Source: Octopus sinensis
Lineage: Eukaryota
Direction of reading: 5' to 3'
DNA: 64,000 nucleotides
Assembly (NCBI RefSeq): GCF_006345805.1
Contig: NC_043020.1
Location: forward strand, 3,720,001-3,784,000
Shown here: positions 1 through 13,960 of the stretch, piece after piece
Position numbering within the stretch: position 1 is the first letter of the stretch
How the letters are laid out: each line of letters starts with the position of its first letter
Program-made: the position numbers and the translations under genes
The notes under the pieces: model-generated
Databases searched by the model: none
What the model saw: only the letters and a program-made list of their open reading frames with translations
Told to the model about the DNA's origin: nothing

Positions 1-162
1 CAGGAGTGGCTGTGTGGTAAGTAGCTTGCTTACCAACCACATGGTTCTGGGTTCAGTCCCACTGCGTGACACCTTGGGCAAGTGTCTTCTACTACAGCTT
101 CGGGCCAACCAAAGCCTTGTGAGTGGATTTGGTAGGTGGAAACTGAAAGAAGCCCGTCATAT

Positions 163-213
<51 letters not shown>

Positions 214-430
214 TATGTGTGTATATGTTTGTGTGTCTGTGTTTGTTCCCCCAACATTGCTTGACAACTGATGCTGGTGTGTTTACGTCCCCGTAACTTA
301 GTGGTTCGGCAAAAGAGACTGATAGAATAAGTACTAGGCTTACGAAGATTAAATCCTGGGGTCAATTTGCTCGACTATGAGCAATGCTCCAGCATGGCCA
401 TAGTCAAATCACTGAAGCAAGTAGAAGAGT
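1..430 (+). mobile_element. abundant SINE-like family A (caggagtggctgtgtggtaag...) with internal (TA)n
   Basis: Further copies lie near 7870-8460(-), 14640-15000, 21467-21790, 26520-26690(-), 27320-27680(-), 51920-52080(-) and 59040-59170(-). Confidence 0.8.
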
Positions 431-649
431 ATGTGAATGTGTGTGTGTGATATATAGTTAAATTTTCACTTATGTAGTGATATGCATGTCACCTGTGTGC
501 AAAGGTAAATCAAAAATTATCTGCACTTTCGCCATAACATATCTTTATTGTTGTCACACCTCCTTCTGGCCATGCATGCTAATGGTTGGTACTCTTGTGG
601 TCATGTGATGCCAGTTTGAGCCTGGTTGTACCATTTTTCTTTCTGACCT

Positions 650-790
650 TACAGTGTGAGTATGGCCGCTCCACTAGCAATGTGCACCAAAGGAGAAGAG
701 GCAGAATTCAAAAGACAGAGTTTGGAGTGGAAACATCCTGGCTTGCCAGCAATGAAGAAATTCAAGACTCAGTCTCCTGCAACAGTTGAG
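650..790 (+). mobile_element. mariner transposase internal fragment
   Basis: EFKRQSLEWKHPGLPAMKKFKTQ resembles mariner ESKRQSMEWKHPGSP..KKFK. Confidence 0.55.
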
Positions 791-1526
791 CACAGGGGTT
801 GATGTATAATTGACTTACCTTTCCCTCCAAATTGCTGGCCTTGTGCCAAAATTTGAAACCAGTATTTTCCTAGTCCTGATGCCCAATCTGCTGATTTCTT
901 TAAGTATCCAGTTTAGAATTCCAAATATTCTTTTCTACTTTAGGCACAAGGCCCTAAGTTTTGGGGGAGGGGACCAGTCAATTAGATCAACCCCTGTACA
1001 CTGACCCCGAAAGGATGAAAGGCAAAGTTGATCTCAGTGGAATCTGAACTCAGACCATAAAGACAGATGAAATACCCCTAAGCATTTTGCCCCATGTGCT
1101 AACATTTCTGCTAGCTCACCGCCTTAGTATTCCAAATATTGGTACTATCATTAGCCCCGTAGAAGCTTTCTGGGATATAGTTTTACTGAATGCTGTCAGC
1201 TGTTAATTCCGTACCTTTCGAAGTCTGCTAAAGCGTTATTTGTCATTCACAGTTTTACTCCCAACATATGCGATATTCTCTTCCGTTCTTTGATACTTGT
1301 AATGTTCATCAATAGGAATAAGAGATAGACTGGCCATCAGTTTCCATATTCTTTGTCCGGTCAACAATCTTTCTTCATTTGACAATATATGAGAGAAAAC
1401 TCAGAAGAAGATTTATAAATATTATTGCCTACCCCACTACAATGATATGGCTTTGGCTCTCCAAAAGTTTCATGGCTTCACTTAAGTAGCAACTACTGAT
1501 AACTTTCACATCAACAGTGACACACA

Positions 1527-1561
<35 letters not shown>

Positions 1562-4500
1562 TATATCATGTCTGATTTCATGAGGCATAAAAAGAACTAA
1601 CAACAGTGTAATCCATTACTCTTAATTATACAAGTCCCAGCTACCTTTCTCACTTGGCTGCTGGTGTTCTTGTTCATTGCAACACAATAATGATTCATAG
1701 TAAAGATAAATGTCGCATATCTTCTCCAGGTTCTTCAGCAAGGCTTTCCACTTTCATCCTTTCTCCTTCTATTTTACAGTTATCTTTTTTTTTAACAGTG
1801 AAGATACTAACGATGATTTGTTTAATTATTGTGGAACTCTCTGCTTTTGCTAATATCAACTCGTACCCTTCATCTATAATCATTAATAATAATAAAACTA
1901 AGTTATGGAGAGCCCCAGCAACTGCAACAGAATGAACACATGAATATTGTAAAGAATTTGGCCCCTCTAAAACATGAGTTGATTCAATTTGGTAATCCAG
2001 AAGCCATCAATTCTCAATGTCATCATCATCATTGTTTAACGTCCACTTTCCATGCTAGCATGGGTTGGACGGTTTTGACTGAGGGCTGGCGAACCAGATG
2101 GCCGCACCAGACTCCAATCTTGATCTGGCAGAGTTTCTACAGCTGGATGCCCTTCCTAAAGCCAACCACTCCGAGATTGTAGTGGGTGCTTTTTACGTGC
2201 CACCGGCATGGGGCCAGTCAGGCAGTACTGGCAACGACCTTGCTCGAATCTTTTTACACATGCCACCGGCACAGGTGCCAGTAAGGCGATGTTGCTAACG
2301 ATCGCACTCGAATGGTGCCCTTTTATGTGCCACCGGCAATTAAATATATTCAATGACTTAACTATTAACAGCATAAAAAAGTTATAAACACCCTCAGTAT
2401 TTAGTGAATCTGATTTGAAATGAGAAACTCATCTCAAGTTTTCTTTGGAAAAAAAAAGATCTCAACATGGTACACTATTAACCCTTTAGCATTTGAATTA
2501 GCCATTTCCAGCTGTTTTATGCTCAAGCCAGCCAGATCCTGCCTCTCTCACCTACTCAGCAATGTCATTCTGAAAATGGATAATCACATCATTGAAATCT
2601 CAAAACTATGAGATAAGCCATGATTAATTCAGAACAATGTAAATAAGCACAACATTCAAAATTATATGAAAAGAGTTATTAATGTTCAACTTTTGTATGG
2701 TCGCTAAGCAATGGAAACATATAATTTCTGATTATCTTGAAGCTGTCAAAAAATTTTGTACTCAGTTACAGAAAACTATATTGAGTTGCTGAGAATCCAC
2801 CTCTAGGATATTTTTCATGAAATAGAGAAGAATCTAGAAAGCATAAACTGCTAAACTTTCAGTTTAAGCAGAATATAGGGTGGGATATTTGGTTACTGCA
2901 TGGATAGAACAATTACAATCTTTCAAAAAAAAAAAAAAAAACACAAGAAGATGCAGACAAATATTCCAAGAGTGTTACTTTGACAACTCAGCCAGTCATA
3001 GAGATGTGTGACACTCAGAAAATATTGTAGAACATAAGGTTTCTTGGACTTTTCAAAAACAATAATAGAAATATGAGAGTCAGATTACATCATAACTTTA
3101 ACATTATTTGATGCCGGGTGGTGGGATATGAAACATTCTTGGATTCTGCCAAAGGAATAACTATAGAAAAAAATAGTTTTCTATTTGCCAGTAATCTTGG
3201 AACTGTTACAAGATGGTGAGCTGGTAGAGTCAGGATCACTTTGGACAAAATGTTAAGTGGCATTTCTAACTCATTATATTCATAGCTCAAATTTCACCAA
3301 GATCAACTTTGGGTGGGTAGGTGGGGGTGTCAATAAAATAGGAATCAGTTGAGAACTGGGATTAATGCCTCCGGAACTATTTTAATCAGGAAAACGAGGT
3401 CAGGTTAAAAAGGAAAATTGAAATTATTCTCCTAAAAAAAGTTAATGAACAAGTAACAATGATTTGGATACCTGTCCCCTCGAATATGGAGAAAACCAAA
3501 AGAGCAACTCGGTGAACAGAAGAGGGAGTACAAAAAGAAGCAATAGACTACATTTTAAGATCTTTTACAATTGAAATCATTCAACAAAAGAGTGGGGAAA
3601 ATACCAGGAAGAATCTAGAAATAAACTATTGAACTTTAATTTTCTGTTACCTTAGCCATGTTAATCTACATACTGAGCAAGGTTAACGAACAAAGACTTT
3701 GTCTGGCTCCAAATGGACCATATTCCTTTGATCTATATTTTATCACGAACAAATTGTATGGAGTCACCATATATTGGCATTTTTTATTCCAATGCAAATA
3801 TTACTAGTCAGAGTGAGAGGGCATTTTAAAAATGATTTTAAAAGGGATACTAAGGTTGGAAGGGCAATTTCTTTTCAGAGGTCCACCAAATATAAATGAG
3901 ATCAATTTGTGGAAGCTATGGAAAGATGACCCACCTAAGACCACCTCTGCTTCCAGGATACAAACTTCTTGTTTAAAGTCATCGTAATTAAAACTTTCTT
4001 TCAAAATTTCATGTTGATTTATTTTCAAAACACCAACTTAATAATGACAGAGTTACTTTCATTGAAACAAAGGCAGTATTTCAACAGAAATGGAGCAAAA
4101 GGGTCAACAGAAACATTTAAAGGTTCTTTATGTGTGCTTCTTTCTTTCTTTCTTTTCTAGTTTGTGTTGTTGTTTTTTTTTTTGTTGAACTGTTATATAT
4201 CTTCATCAGGTCATCATGCTTTATGAACTTTACACAGACATCTAAATTGCTGAAATAAATAAATGTGTGTGTGTGTATATATATATATATACATACACAC
4301 ACTCACACACACACACATATATATATATATCTGTATATGCATAGTCAAGTTAAAACACACCAGAATTTAATTACCTGATAGCCAGTTCCTCAGCTAAAGT
4401 GCTTATTATGCGTTCTGCTTGATCCTCTGAACCCAGTTATCTGCTAGAATTTGCTGGATCCCCTAAAACTCCTTTCAAGTAACTTGCCAACATGTAACTG

Positions 4501-5766
4501 TAAAGCAGTTGTCCAATGTCCCTGTGAAGATAATTGCCTTATAACAATATCTACAAATGCAATCTCATCACCTAAGTCAGTAATAGATATCATTTCAGTT
4601 CCACAATGATCTCTTTAAGAGGGACTATAATATGCCCAAACATACATTCACTAACAAATAGTTAAGCAATATGATGTCACTGGTCAGAATATATATGGAG
4701 TTCAAAGTGAAGGGATACTGAATTCAAACTGCAATGGAGTATTATAACCACAGCTCCAAGCATCAGAACGTAATCGAAAAGAACATCCTCTGCAGGAACA
4801 GAATTTTCAGGACTTTTAAATTCTATAACAAATCTAATGAAAAGAAACTGTAAAACAATAAACAAACTAAATAATCTCTCATTTCCAAACTACCGGCACT
4901 GGTATCACAACTACAATTTCCATTGATTTTTGGTTGATTTTGATCTCAAATTTAATTTACCTGACTACAAGTTCATTTATTTGTAAGCTCAATGCAAAAG
5001 AAAAAAAAACTGAACAAAAAGGAAAAGAAAAGAAAACTGAAGGAAAAGAAAAGAAAACTTAAGGTGTATAAAAATTATGAACAAATTTTAAACAGTTGCA
5101 ATGGAATTGGTAGCAGGTCTAAGCTCTACTCTGAAATTGTTGATGTTTCCTTAAATATATTTACAATTAATTTAATAATTGTGTGTGTTTTGAAACGGCT
5201 AGAATGGCTCTCCCACAATTATTATTATCATTGTTCTTGTTGTTGTTGTTGGTGGTGGTGGTAACATAATTTTCCCGTGTTTTTCTTGGCCAGTTTTCTA
5301 CTTTGACTTGTAAATCTTCATTTCTATCAAACATTTCTTATCTCTTTTTGTCAGGAAAACAAAAAATTATAAAACCTTTTTTCATCTAAATGAACATTCT
5401 TGTTAATGTCAGAATGTTTTATCAAATTCTATTTAAGCAAAAATATTTTCATAATGTTTGCAAATATCTTGTGGAACATAATCACTTAAAAAAACACTGA
5501 TTTCATTTTTGACAAGGGCACAGAGCCAGTTTTTTTTTTATAGAAGAAGGGTGTAGTTAACTGAATCATTATCTCTGGTGCTTTTTCTATTATTGCGAGT
5601 GCTGTAAGCTGTAGTGATACAAGTTTAGTTCTCATTTGAGATACTTCTATTCACTTCTAGCAATTTAGCCTTTAGTATTTAAACCAAATATTTTTTGCGG
5701 CACACCATTGTGTCACAACACACAGTTTGGTAGACACTGTGTTACAGCTTAATCACTACATCAAAT

Positions 5767-6261
5767 TTGGAATTATTTCTCCATGAGTGGATGGGTCTTC
5801 TGCAGGGTGCATATTGCCAGTCAACCTGGTCCTTTTGTGTCTCCCCCATGAAATATAGCATCTACAGGTCAGCCTTCACCACATCATCCCAGCTTTTCCT
5901 TAGTCTCTCCTGTCTTCAGGTTCCATTCTCTTCAGTCCTCATTTCTTTCGTATGCAGCTGTTATCGGCCATACGCATCACCTGCCCATACCAGATGCCCA
6001 CTACACTTGATTCCTTTTAGACTCTGTGCTTTTCTGAAGTCATCTGTTCTCTGGCATTCATACACACTAACATGAACATCCTTTGGAAATATCAGCTTCA
6101 TTTCTTTCTAGTCTTTGTAAATCTTCAGGTTTCAGAGCTCCCATCTCACTCCCACACTGTATCACAGTACTAACACAAGTGTCATACAATCTACCCTTCA
6201 CACTAAAGGAAAAGACCTTTGTTGCCAGCAGCAGTAGTAACTGTCTGAACTTCCTCCAACC
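5767..6261 (-). mobile_element. RTE LINE fragment (downstream part; interrupted by Tc1)
   Basis: Translation WRKFRQLLLLLATKVFSFSVKGRLYDTCV...LERNEA matches the RTE at 54836-55222. Confidence 0.85.
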
Positions 6262-6848
6262 TTGTGGAGACAGCCAAAAGAAGCATTTGACCCTGACTGC
6301 CTTCTTCCAACTGTTAAACATGGAGGAGGATCTGTGGTGATGGGAGAGGGGGGGCTATATCTTGGAAATCCACTGGCACTATGGTTTCCCTTCATGGCAG
6401 AATTAATAGTCAAGACTATTTAAGCATTTTATCTGATCAAATCCACCCTATAGTTGTGGAACTGTTTCCAGAAGGAAGTACAATCTTTCAGGATGATAAT
6501 GTACCAATTTACTCAGCTAAAGTTGTTATTGAATGGCACAAGGAACATTCTAGTGAAGTTAAACATTTTATCTGGCCACCACAGTCCCCAGATCTCAATA
6601 TTATTGAAATGGTGCATTTTGGAAAAACAAATAAGGAGTTGATATCCTCCACCATCATCACTACAAGAACTGGAGACTGTTTTAGCTGAAGAATGGACAA
6701 AAATTCCTTTGGAAACAATTCAAACTTTGTACGAGTCCATACCTCGTACAATTCAAGCTGTAATTACAACCAAAGCTGGTCCTACTCCATATTAAAATAA
6801 AATTTGTTTGAAATTTTAAGGTGTTTCCATTATTTTGTCCAACCCCTG
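6262..6848 (+). mobile_element. Tc1-like DNA transposon, 3' half (DD36E spacing), with right TIR
   Basis: ORF 6381-6689 has FQDDN...WPPQSPDLNIIE. TIR ggtgtttccattattttgtccaacccctg at 6820-6848. Confidence 0.92.
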
Positions 6849-6849
6849 C

Positions 6850-7080
6850 CTTACTCCTAGTAAACCACTTAGGCATTTGAAAGAATCTATGTCTGGTATT
6901 CTTGTATGTATTCTTCCGGTGCATTTGTCACATAGGAAGCTTATTTCCTCTGCTTGTCTGCATGTAATTCCACAATATCACTTGTGCGTCCGTAGCTTAC
7001 ACTGAGTTCAGCATATAAAATCTACACCTACACCTTTTCTGCCTGTTGAGCAAGGCTGTTTCCCTGAAGATACCAGGATC
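6850..7080 (-). mobile_element. RTE LINE fragment (PHD-finger region; upstream part of the same copy)
   Basis: Degenerate GRKGVG..IC*TQCKLRTHK..FLCDKCTG aligns to the PHD segment at 55379-55510. Confidence 0.7.
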
Positions 7081-10056
7081 CTGATTTCTTTCCTATTTAC
7101 CAAAACCATTATTTTTTGCTAAGTTTACCTTGTGACCTCTTGATTCCTCTCCAATTCCGCTATAAATCCTGCCATGTAAACTGGGTCATCAGCGTATCTG
7201 GCTATAAAAAAACTGTCTCAAAAAGTACTTTTAAATCAATGTCCTGCATGGAAATAACAGGCATAAAAATCATAATAATGATGTGTGTGCATGTGAATGT
7301 GTGTGTGTGAAATGTTATAAATATGTGTGTGAATATGTGAGCATCTGTTATTGAATAAGGCTTTCTTTGATTTATTAAACCCAGTTTATGCTGTAAATAG
7401 AATGTATCCCACCAGGTGTAATTAAATGACAAGCCATTCTGGCAAGCATGATAGGAGGTTAAACACCTGCAAAGCTAAGTATAAATAGATTCACAAATAC
7501 TCCCAGTTGATAGCATACTTAGCATGTGGTGGAATGGCTGTGAGGGTAACATAGTTGTTGGGGGTTCAAACCTAATGCAGATATTTATTTTATTTTTATT
7601 TAGCCCAGGTCATTTATGTTCTGGCAGACCAAACATGAAAAGCGTCCAGTCTGACATTTTGTCTTTTTATATTTTTTTCAATCATTGTCCACTTCATTCT
7701 ACCTTTTTTTGTTAAGGTAATCAGTTTTGTTTGATTTTTGAAGAATGGTCAATCTTAGCACATCTTTCCTCTTTCCATTTTCCTCTTTATTTTCCAGAAG
7801 TGAGATTTCATTGTCATTTAGAAGAAAGGCTTCTTTGTCTGTTTTCATTGTTTTCTTTTTTTTTGTGTGATTTTTCTCTTCTTTTATCCTTTTATTTGTT
7901 TCAGTCATTTGACTGTGGCCATGCTGGAGCAATGCTTTGAAGGATTTTAGTTGAACAAATCGACCCCAGGACTTCATTTTTTTTTTAGCCTAGTACTTAT
8001 TCTATCAGTCCCTTTTGCCAAACTGCTATGTTACAGAAACATAAACACACCAACACCGATTATCAAACAGTGAAGGGGTGGCAGACAAACAGACATTAAG
8101 ACATACACACACACTCTTTTATTATTTTTTTTTGTTTCAGTCATTTGACTGCAACCATGCTGGAGCACCACCTTTAATCAAACAAATCGACTCCCAGGAC
8201 TTATTCTTTGTAAGCCTAGTACTTATTCTATCAGTCTCTTTTGCTGAACCACTAAGTTAAGAGGATGTAAACACGCCAACATTGGTTGTCAAACAATAGT
8301 GGAGAGGTAAACATAGACACACAAACATATACATACATATACATATATATATATATATATGTAGATAGACACTTGCCCAAGGTGCCTCATGGTGGGACTG
8401 AACTTGGATCCATGTGGTTGGGAAGCATGCTTCTTATCACACAGCCACATTTCTGTGCCTGTATTTTTTATTGCCAATTTTGGTAATTTTCATTTGTAAT
8501 TCTTCTTCCACATTGCATGATGAAAGTGTGGTACTACAAGTTGGTACTGCTACTCATAGAATTTTGGTTGGTGGTGCACTGGAAATGGATTTGTTGTTGT
8601 TGTTGCTGTTGCTCTCCATTATTTTTGTTTTTGCTCAATTTTCCCTGCTCTTCTACAAATTCGGCTCCAAAGTGTGTTTTACTTTAACAATTGTATCAAT
8701 TGTGCTTTCTACCTTGTACCATTAATTTTGTACTTTTCGTCTCAGCATCACCTTTTAGGTACACTTAGTATGCCTCTGTGGCCTTCATATATCATTAAAA
8801 CTAGTAAAATTCATTTGGATGCTCCTTAACCACAAGTCAGCTTTTGTTAACCCTGCCTTGACCACTCATCCATTCTCTGATACAAAATTGAGGACTGGCT
8901 ATGGATTGGTGCCATTTCTGGTGTGTCTTATTGTTGCTCTTGTATTTCTTTGACCCATGTATTGGAGGAGCACGAATGTATAGTCAGAGATATGTCTGAC
9001 AATTTCAGTTTGTGTTTTGGCTGCATTTTCGGTTTTGAACGTACAGAGGATAATGCCAAAGCTTTTGCCTTTTTTCAATTGAGAGAATTTCTCCTGATCT
9101 ATCCTGAAGAGCCTGTTGTGCTGTTATTTGGAATGAAGGAAAATTTCATTCACTTTCATCCATTTGTAAGCAGGGGTATCCATTTTTCTTTTTACCTTGT
9201 TTAAGCTTCGTTTCAATTACAAGGAAATGATGTTTGGTTTTATGAAATTTTCCCACCTACAACTCTTATTTTGTAACTATGCATGAAAAACAGACATTAA
9301 ATGATAATGATGAGGATGATATACAGATGACAAGCATCTGCTCAGCTTCTATAATGCAATGGTAGAATTATTCACCCCAAGTTGTCACTCTCTAGGATTG
9401 AATTGAGATCCTTCCATTTGCATTGAAAATTGGTTAACCATACGGCCATGCCTTGCTTACTTGGCTTATACTCTTGAGAAAAGCATGATGGCCACACGGT
9501 CTCAATCTTTGCGGCCTTGGGACAAACTCAGAAATTCACTGTTTTTCTCCGTATATAAAGTTACAATCCTGTTGTTGCTCTTGTTGTTGTTGCAGCTGCT
9601 GTTGTTATTGTTCTTCTTCTTGCTGCTGCTGCTGCTGTTATAGACACAAGTTATGCCTCATACTGCTCTTTGAAAAACATTCTGATTATTTGGTTTTCTG
9701 AATTGTTTTCTTTCCTCTTTTCTTCCTTTTCTTTATTCATTCCACCATTGACGAGATTTAAAAGAAAAGTACACATTTTTAATGTGTTGTCTCTTGAACC
9801 ATTCCTCAGCAGAATTTCTTTGGCAGCATTTTAAGCTATTGATAACAGCTGAACAAATGGCACCATCTTTTTAATTATTTTACTGGTTTCAGTCATTCGG
9901 TACCGCCTTCAAGAGTTGTTGCCAATTGTAAGGACCTGAGTACTTACATTAGTTTGTGATTTATTTAACGAAGGTCTGTTTCACGACCCAAATGGGGTCC
10001 CAACTGAAACAGCCTCAACAATATTAGATTTTGGACTGGTATAAATATAAGCACAG

Positions 10057-10110
<54 letters not shown>

Positions 10111-10302
10111 ATATAACCATATGTTCGCTTACATATAAAATGAAACAACCATACTTGCTCCTATAAAGTCATGAGATTAACCCAAGGCTACAGGAGAAGG
10201 CACTTGGCCAAGGAATTGTGCATTGGGCATGAAAGTAGAACCAAAGAGCTGCAAAGCATTACTACTACTACTACTACTACTACTAGTAGTAGTAGTAGTA
10301 GT

Positions 10303-10339
<37 letters not shown>

Positions 10340-10849
10340 TCCATGAATATTCCACGGAATTAATGGTAAACTTATTGAGTTATTTCTGAAAACTTTATCC
10401 AGAAAACCTGAAAGTGTAGCCTGTGTTGTGTCTGCATCAAAAGAGAGTTGCTCATCTGCTAATCATTGAAAAATGAAGAAGATTGGAATACGATAATTAC
10501 TCTATGGATTTCGTAAATACACTTTATGTACTTTCTTCTCTGTCAGGAGGTAGAAGCACTTGGATGAAGACATAAAGAAGTGCTGATCTCTAACTGTGGA
10601 GGGAACATGTGGTAGAGGTAGATCCAGGAAGACATGGGACAAGGTGGCGAGGCATGATATTTGAACTTTGGGCCTCACTGAGGCAATGACTAGTGACCGA
10701 GACCTTTGACGAAATGCTGTGCTTGAGAAGAAGACCCGTCAAGCCAAGTGAAATTGTGGTTGTGGCTGATGCTCATGTCCCATAACTGGCACTCATGCTA
10801 GTGGCACATGAGAGGCACCTTTCAAGTGTTGGGCCTCATGTCACTCTTG

Positions 10850-11625
10850 ATGGTGTCAAGCCAGCGGGTTCTTGGCCTCTTCCTCTCTTGCCACTGACCA
10901 TTCCGAGCATGATGTCCTTCTCCAGGGATTTTCTCTGCATAATATGACCAAAATATGCCAACCTATGCTTAGTGATCCCAGCTTCCCGCGACATTTTCGG
11001 CCTTATCTGCTTAAGAACTTCTCCATTGGTGAGCCTTGCTCCCCATGGAATCTGTAAAATTCTTGTCCAACACCAAAGTTCGAATGCATTAATTCTCTTC
11101 TGGTCAGCTTTCTTTAGTGTCCAGGTCTCGCATCCATATGTTGCTATTGGGAAGACAACTGCATTTGGTAGTGAGTCTGATGTCTCTACTCTTCCAGACC
11201 CTGCTCATGCTGACCATTGTCTCTCTGCCTAGTACTATCCGCCGTCTTTGTGCAGTCACCATCTCGATTTATTTTGGAGCTAAGGAAGATGAAATCATCG
11301 ACCACTTCGATCTCTTCCCTATCGATCTTGATGTTGATGTTTGTTGTGGCTGATGTTGACATGATCTTTGTTTTCTTGACATTGAGGTACAGCCCAAATT
11401 TCTCACTCTCTTCCTTGACCAGCAGGACAAGATCCTCCAGATCCTTACCACTCTCCACCAGCAGAGTTGTATCATCTGCACAGCGAAGATTATTAATATT
11501 TCTTCCTCCAATCCTAACTCCAATGCTGCTATCCTCCAGGCCTGCATTCCTCATGACCTTTTCTGCGTACATGTCGAAGGCAGCTGGTGACAGGATGCAA
11601 CCTTGCTGAGTGCCTTTTCCAATCT
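10850..11625 (-). mobile_element. RTE (BovB-like) LINE RT fragment
   Basis: ORF 11186-11572 GVRIGGRNINNLRCADDTTLLVES...LNVKKTKIM...EVVDDFIFL. The RTE C-terminal GRPRTRWLD-like segment lies near 10860-10890. Confidence 0.88.
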
Positions 11626-11874
11626 CAAATCATACATAAACACACATGCTCACAAACAGATAAAAAAGAATGCAGCTCCAATAAGGACAGAGTCAACATC
11701 CATTGACAAGGTTGTAAAAACGATGAAAATTTTGGAAGAAAAATATGAATAATAAGTAAATGGAAATCAAACCAGTGAGTGTGTTAGATAATACACACTC
11801 CCCAGCCACAACAAAATTTGCTTCAATACATGAATTCACATAAAGAATCTTGCAAACCAGAAACAAAGAGGAAG

Positions 11875-11881
11875 TACATAC

Positions 11882-11916
<35 letters not shown>

Positions 11917-11975
11917 CACACATATTTGTATATATATACACACACACACACATATACATATATATATATATATAC

Positions 11976-12022
<47 letters not shown>

Positions 12023-12085
12023 CACACTCACATATATATATACATACATACAAACACTCATGCGCACACACACACACACACTCAT
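11875..12085. repeat. (TA)n/(CA)n microsatellite block
   Basis: Direct reading. Confidence 0.9.
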
Positions 12086-12357
12086 GCATGTGTTTATGCA
12101 TCATCCTTATATGCTTTTGTATGCATATACGTGCAGTGTAATTGCAGCTGGCTCTTTGTTTTTAAAGGCAAATGCACAGAGAATGCGAAGAGAACAATCG
12201 CTTCTCTCTCTTTCTCTCCTTTTCACTCTGACCTTTTGTTTCTTCTCTGAATTAAGGGAAAAAATACACAAAGCAATAAAACGAATGCATAAAATGAAAA
12301 TAAGATAACATTTACTGCAGCCCTTCTCTTTATCTATTTATTTAGTTAGCTGTGGAG

Positions 12358-12860
12358 TTAATACATCATCCTCAACATCGTTGTTGTGGTGGTGGCGGTG
12401 GTGATGGTGATGATGGGGTGGGGGTAGTTCTCCAGTTGAAATTCAGTTTGGCAGTTCTTGCTGATATGGCAGAACAGAACAGTTTTAGCTTCTGGTAAGA
12501 ATCTGGCCATGAGGGCAACACCTCGAGGCACACTTTGGTAGAGGCACACTTTGGTAGTTGCCTTCAGTTTAGAAGGTTTCCATGTTAAAACACTTCTGTT
12601 GCTATCATCACCACTACCACCATATCCACCACCATTATTATTATTATCTTCGTCATTGTTGCTGTGATTCTTGTCATCATCGTAGTCATATTCATCACGC
12701 TCTCCTCTTCCTCTCCTACTCCTCTTCCTTTTCATCTCCACCACCACTACCGTTACCACCACCATCACCATCACCACCATTACCATCACCACCATCATCA
12801 TCAACACCATTATCATCATCATCACCATAATCATCATTACACCACCCCCTCCATCAACAT
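12358..12860. repeat. (CAT/CAC)n low-complexity block with an embedded degenerate LINE fragment
   Basis: Trinucleotide runs flank a minus-strand TKVCLYQ..-like segment at about 12440-12600. Confidence 0.7.
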
Positions 12861-13192
12861 TATGATTATTCTATGACTCCTCCGCTACTCTCGGAGCATC
12901 AAACTCTCAGATCCAACCTCAGCCACTTCCTGCCATGGCTTCCTCGTTTCTCTTTTGGTGACGCTGTCCTCTTCATTCTCAATTCTTAACTCTGCCGGAA
13001 TTTTGTTTTTATATTTTACATATTATGTATTTATGAACCAGAATAGAATATCATTGTGAAGAGAGTGAAGAGGGTGTGTCTATGGATCTTGGGTGGAATA
13101 AATACCACAAAAGATGGTTTTGTTGACACACCTACTTATTTGCAATTTCTCACCAGAACATCCACACTCACACATAACAACTTGTACCACTG

Positions 13193-13250
<58 letters not shown>

Positions 13251-13255
13251 TAAGG

Positions 13256-13710
13256 AAGCGAGCTGGCAGAAACGTTAGCACATCGAGCGAAATGTTTAGC
13301 AGTATTTCGTCTGCCATTACATTCTGAGTTCAAATTCCACCGTAGGTCGACTTTGCCTTTCATCCTTTCGGGGTCATTAAATTAAGTACCAGTTACACAC
13401 TGGGATCGATGTAATCGACTTAATCCCTTTGTCTGTCCTTGTTTGTCCCCTCTATGTTTAGCTCCTTGTGGGCAATAAAGAAAAAAAAAGGCAGTGATCT
13501 GGCAGAAACGTTAGCACACTGGGCGAAGTGCTCAGCGGTATTTCGTCTTCCGCTACGTTCTGAGTTCAAATTCTGCCAAGGTCGACTTTGCCTTTCATCC
13601 TTTCGGGGTACCAGTTACGCACTGGGGTCGATATAATCAACTTAATCCATGTGTCTGTCCTTGTTTGTCCTCTCTGTGTGTAGCCCCTTGAGGGTAGTAA
13701 AGAAACGGGT
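13256..13710 (+). mobile_element. two tandem copies of SINE-like family B (gagctggcagaaacgttagcac...ctgagttcaaattcc...)
   Basis: Many other copies, e.g. 960-1130(-), 17520-17720(-), 34990-35230(-), 36435-36670, 37085-37290(-) and 38380-38600(-). Confidence 0.8.
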
Positions 13711-13846
13711 ATAATTACAAGTTCTTGGTTTCAATGAGTTGTGTATAAACACTGGAAAGAAATACAAGAAAATGAGTTGCAATTAACTGCTATGTTTTAT
13801 TCAGCTGTTTGAAATATTGTGTGTATGTGTGCATGCATGTTTGCAT

Positions 13847-13878
<32 letters not shown>

Positions 13879-13960
13879 ACTGTAAATATGATGTTAACTA
13901 TTGCAGGCAATAATTCTTAAGAATATATGTTTTTTTTTGTTTTTTTTTGTTCTTTTGAAG

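Noticed and set aside
3405-3510. RNase H-like peptide VTMIWIPVPSN
   Set aside because: Only a partial resemblance to WIPSH..GNE..AD; the catalytic residues are not seen.
11693-12308. Long ORFs rich in IY/VC/TH dipeptides (also 20954-21547, 53628-54023 and many shorter ones)
   Set aside because: These are translations of (TA)n/(CA)n microsatellites, not proteins.
12582-12876. Poly-His / poly-Met-Val ORFs
   Set aside because: They come from (CAT/CAC)n low-complexity DNA with no splice or domain support.
13056-13095. Candidate first coding exon of the Rab (VKRVCLWILG); also 7524 (MWWNG..IVVG) and 8517 (MMKVWYYKLVLL)
   Set aside because: None has a Gly codon followed by a good phase-0 GT donor together with an ATG start, so exon 1 remains unlocated.
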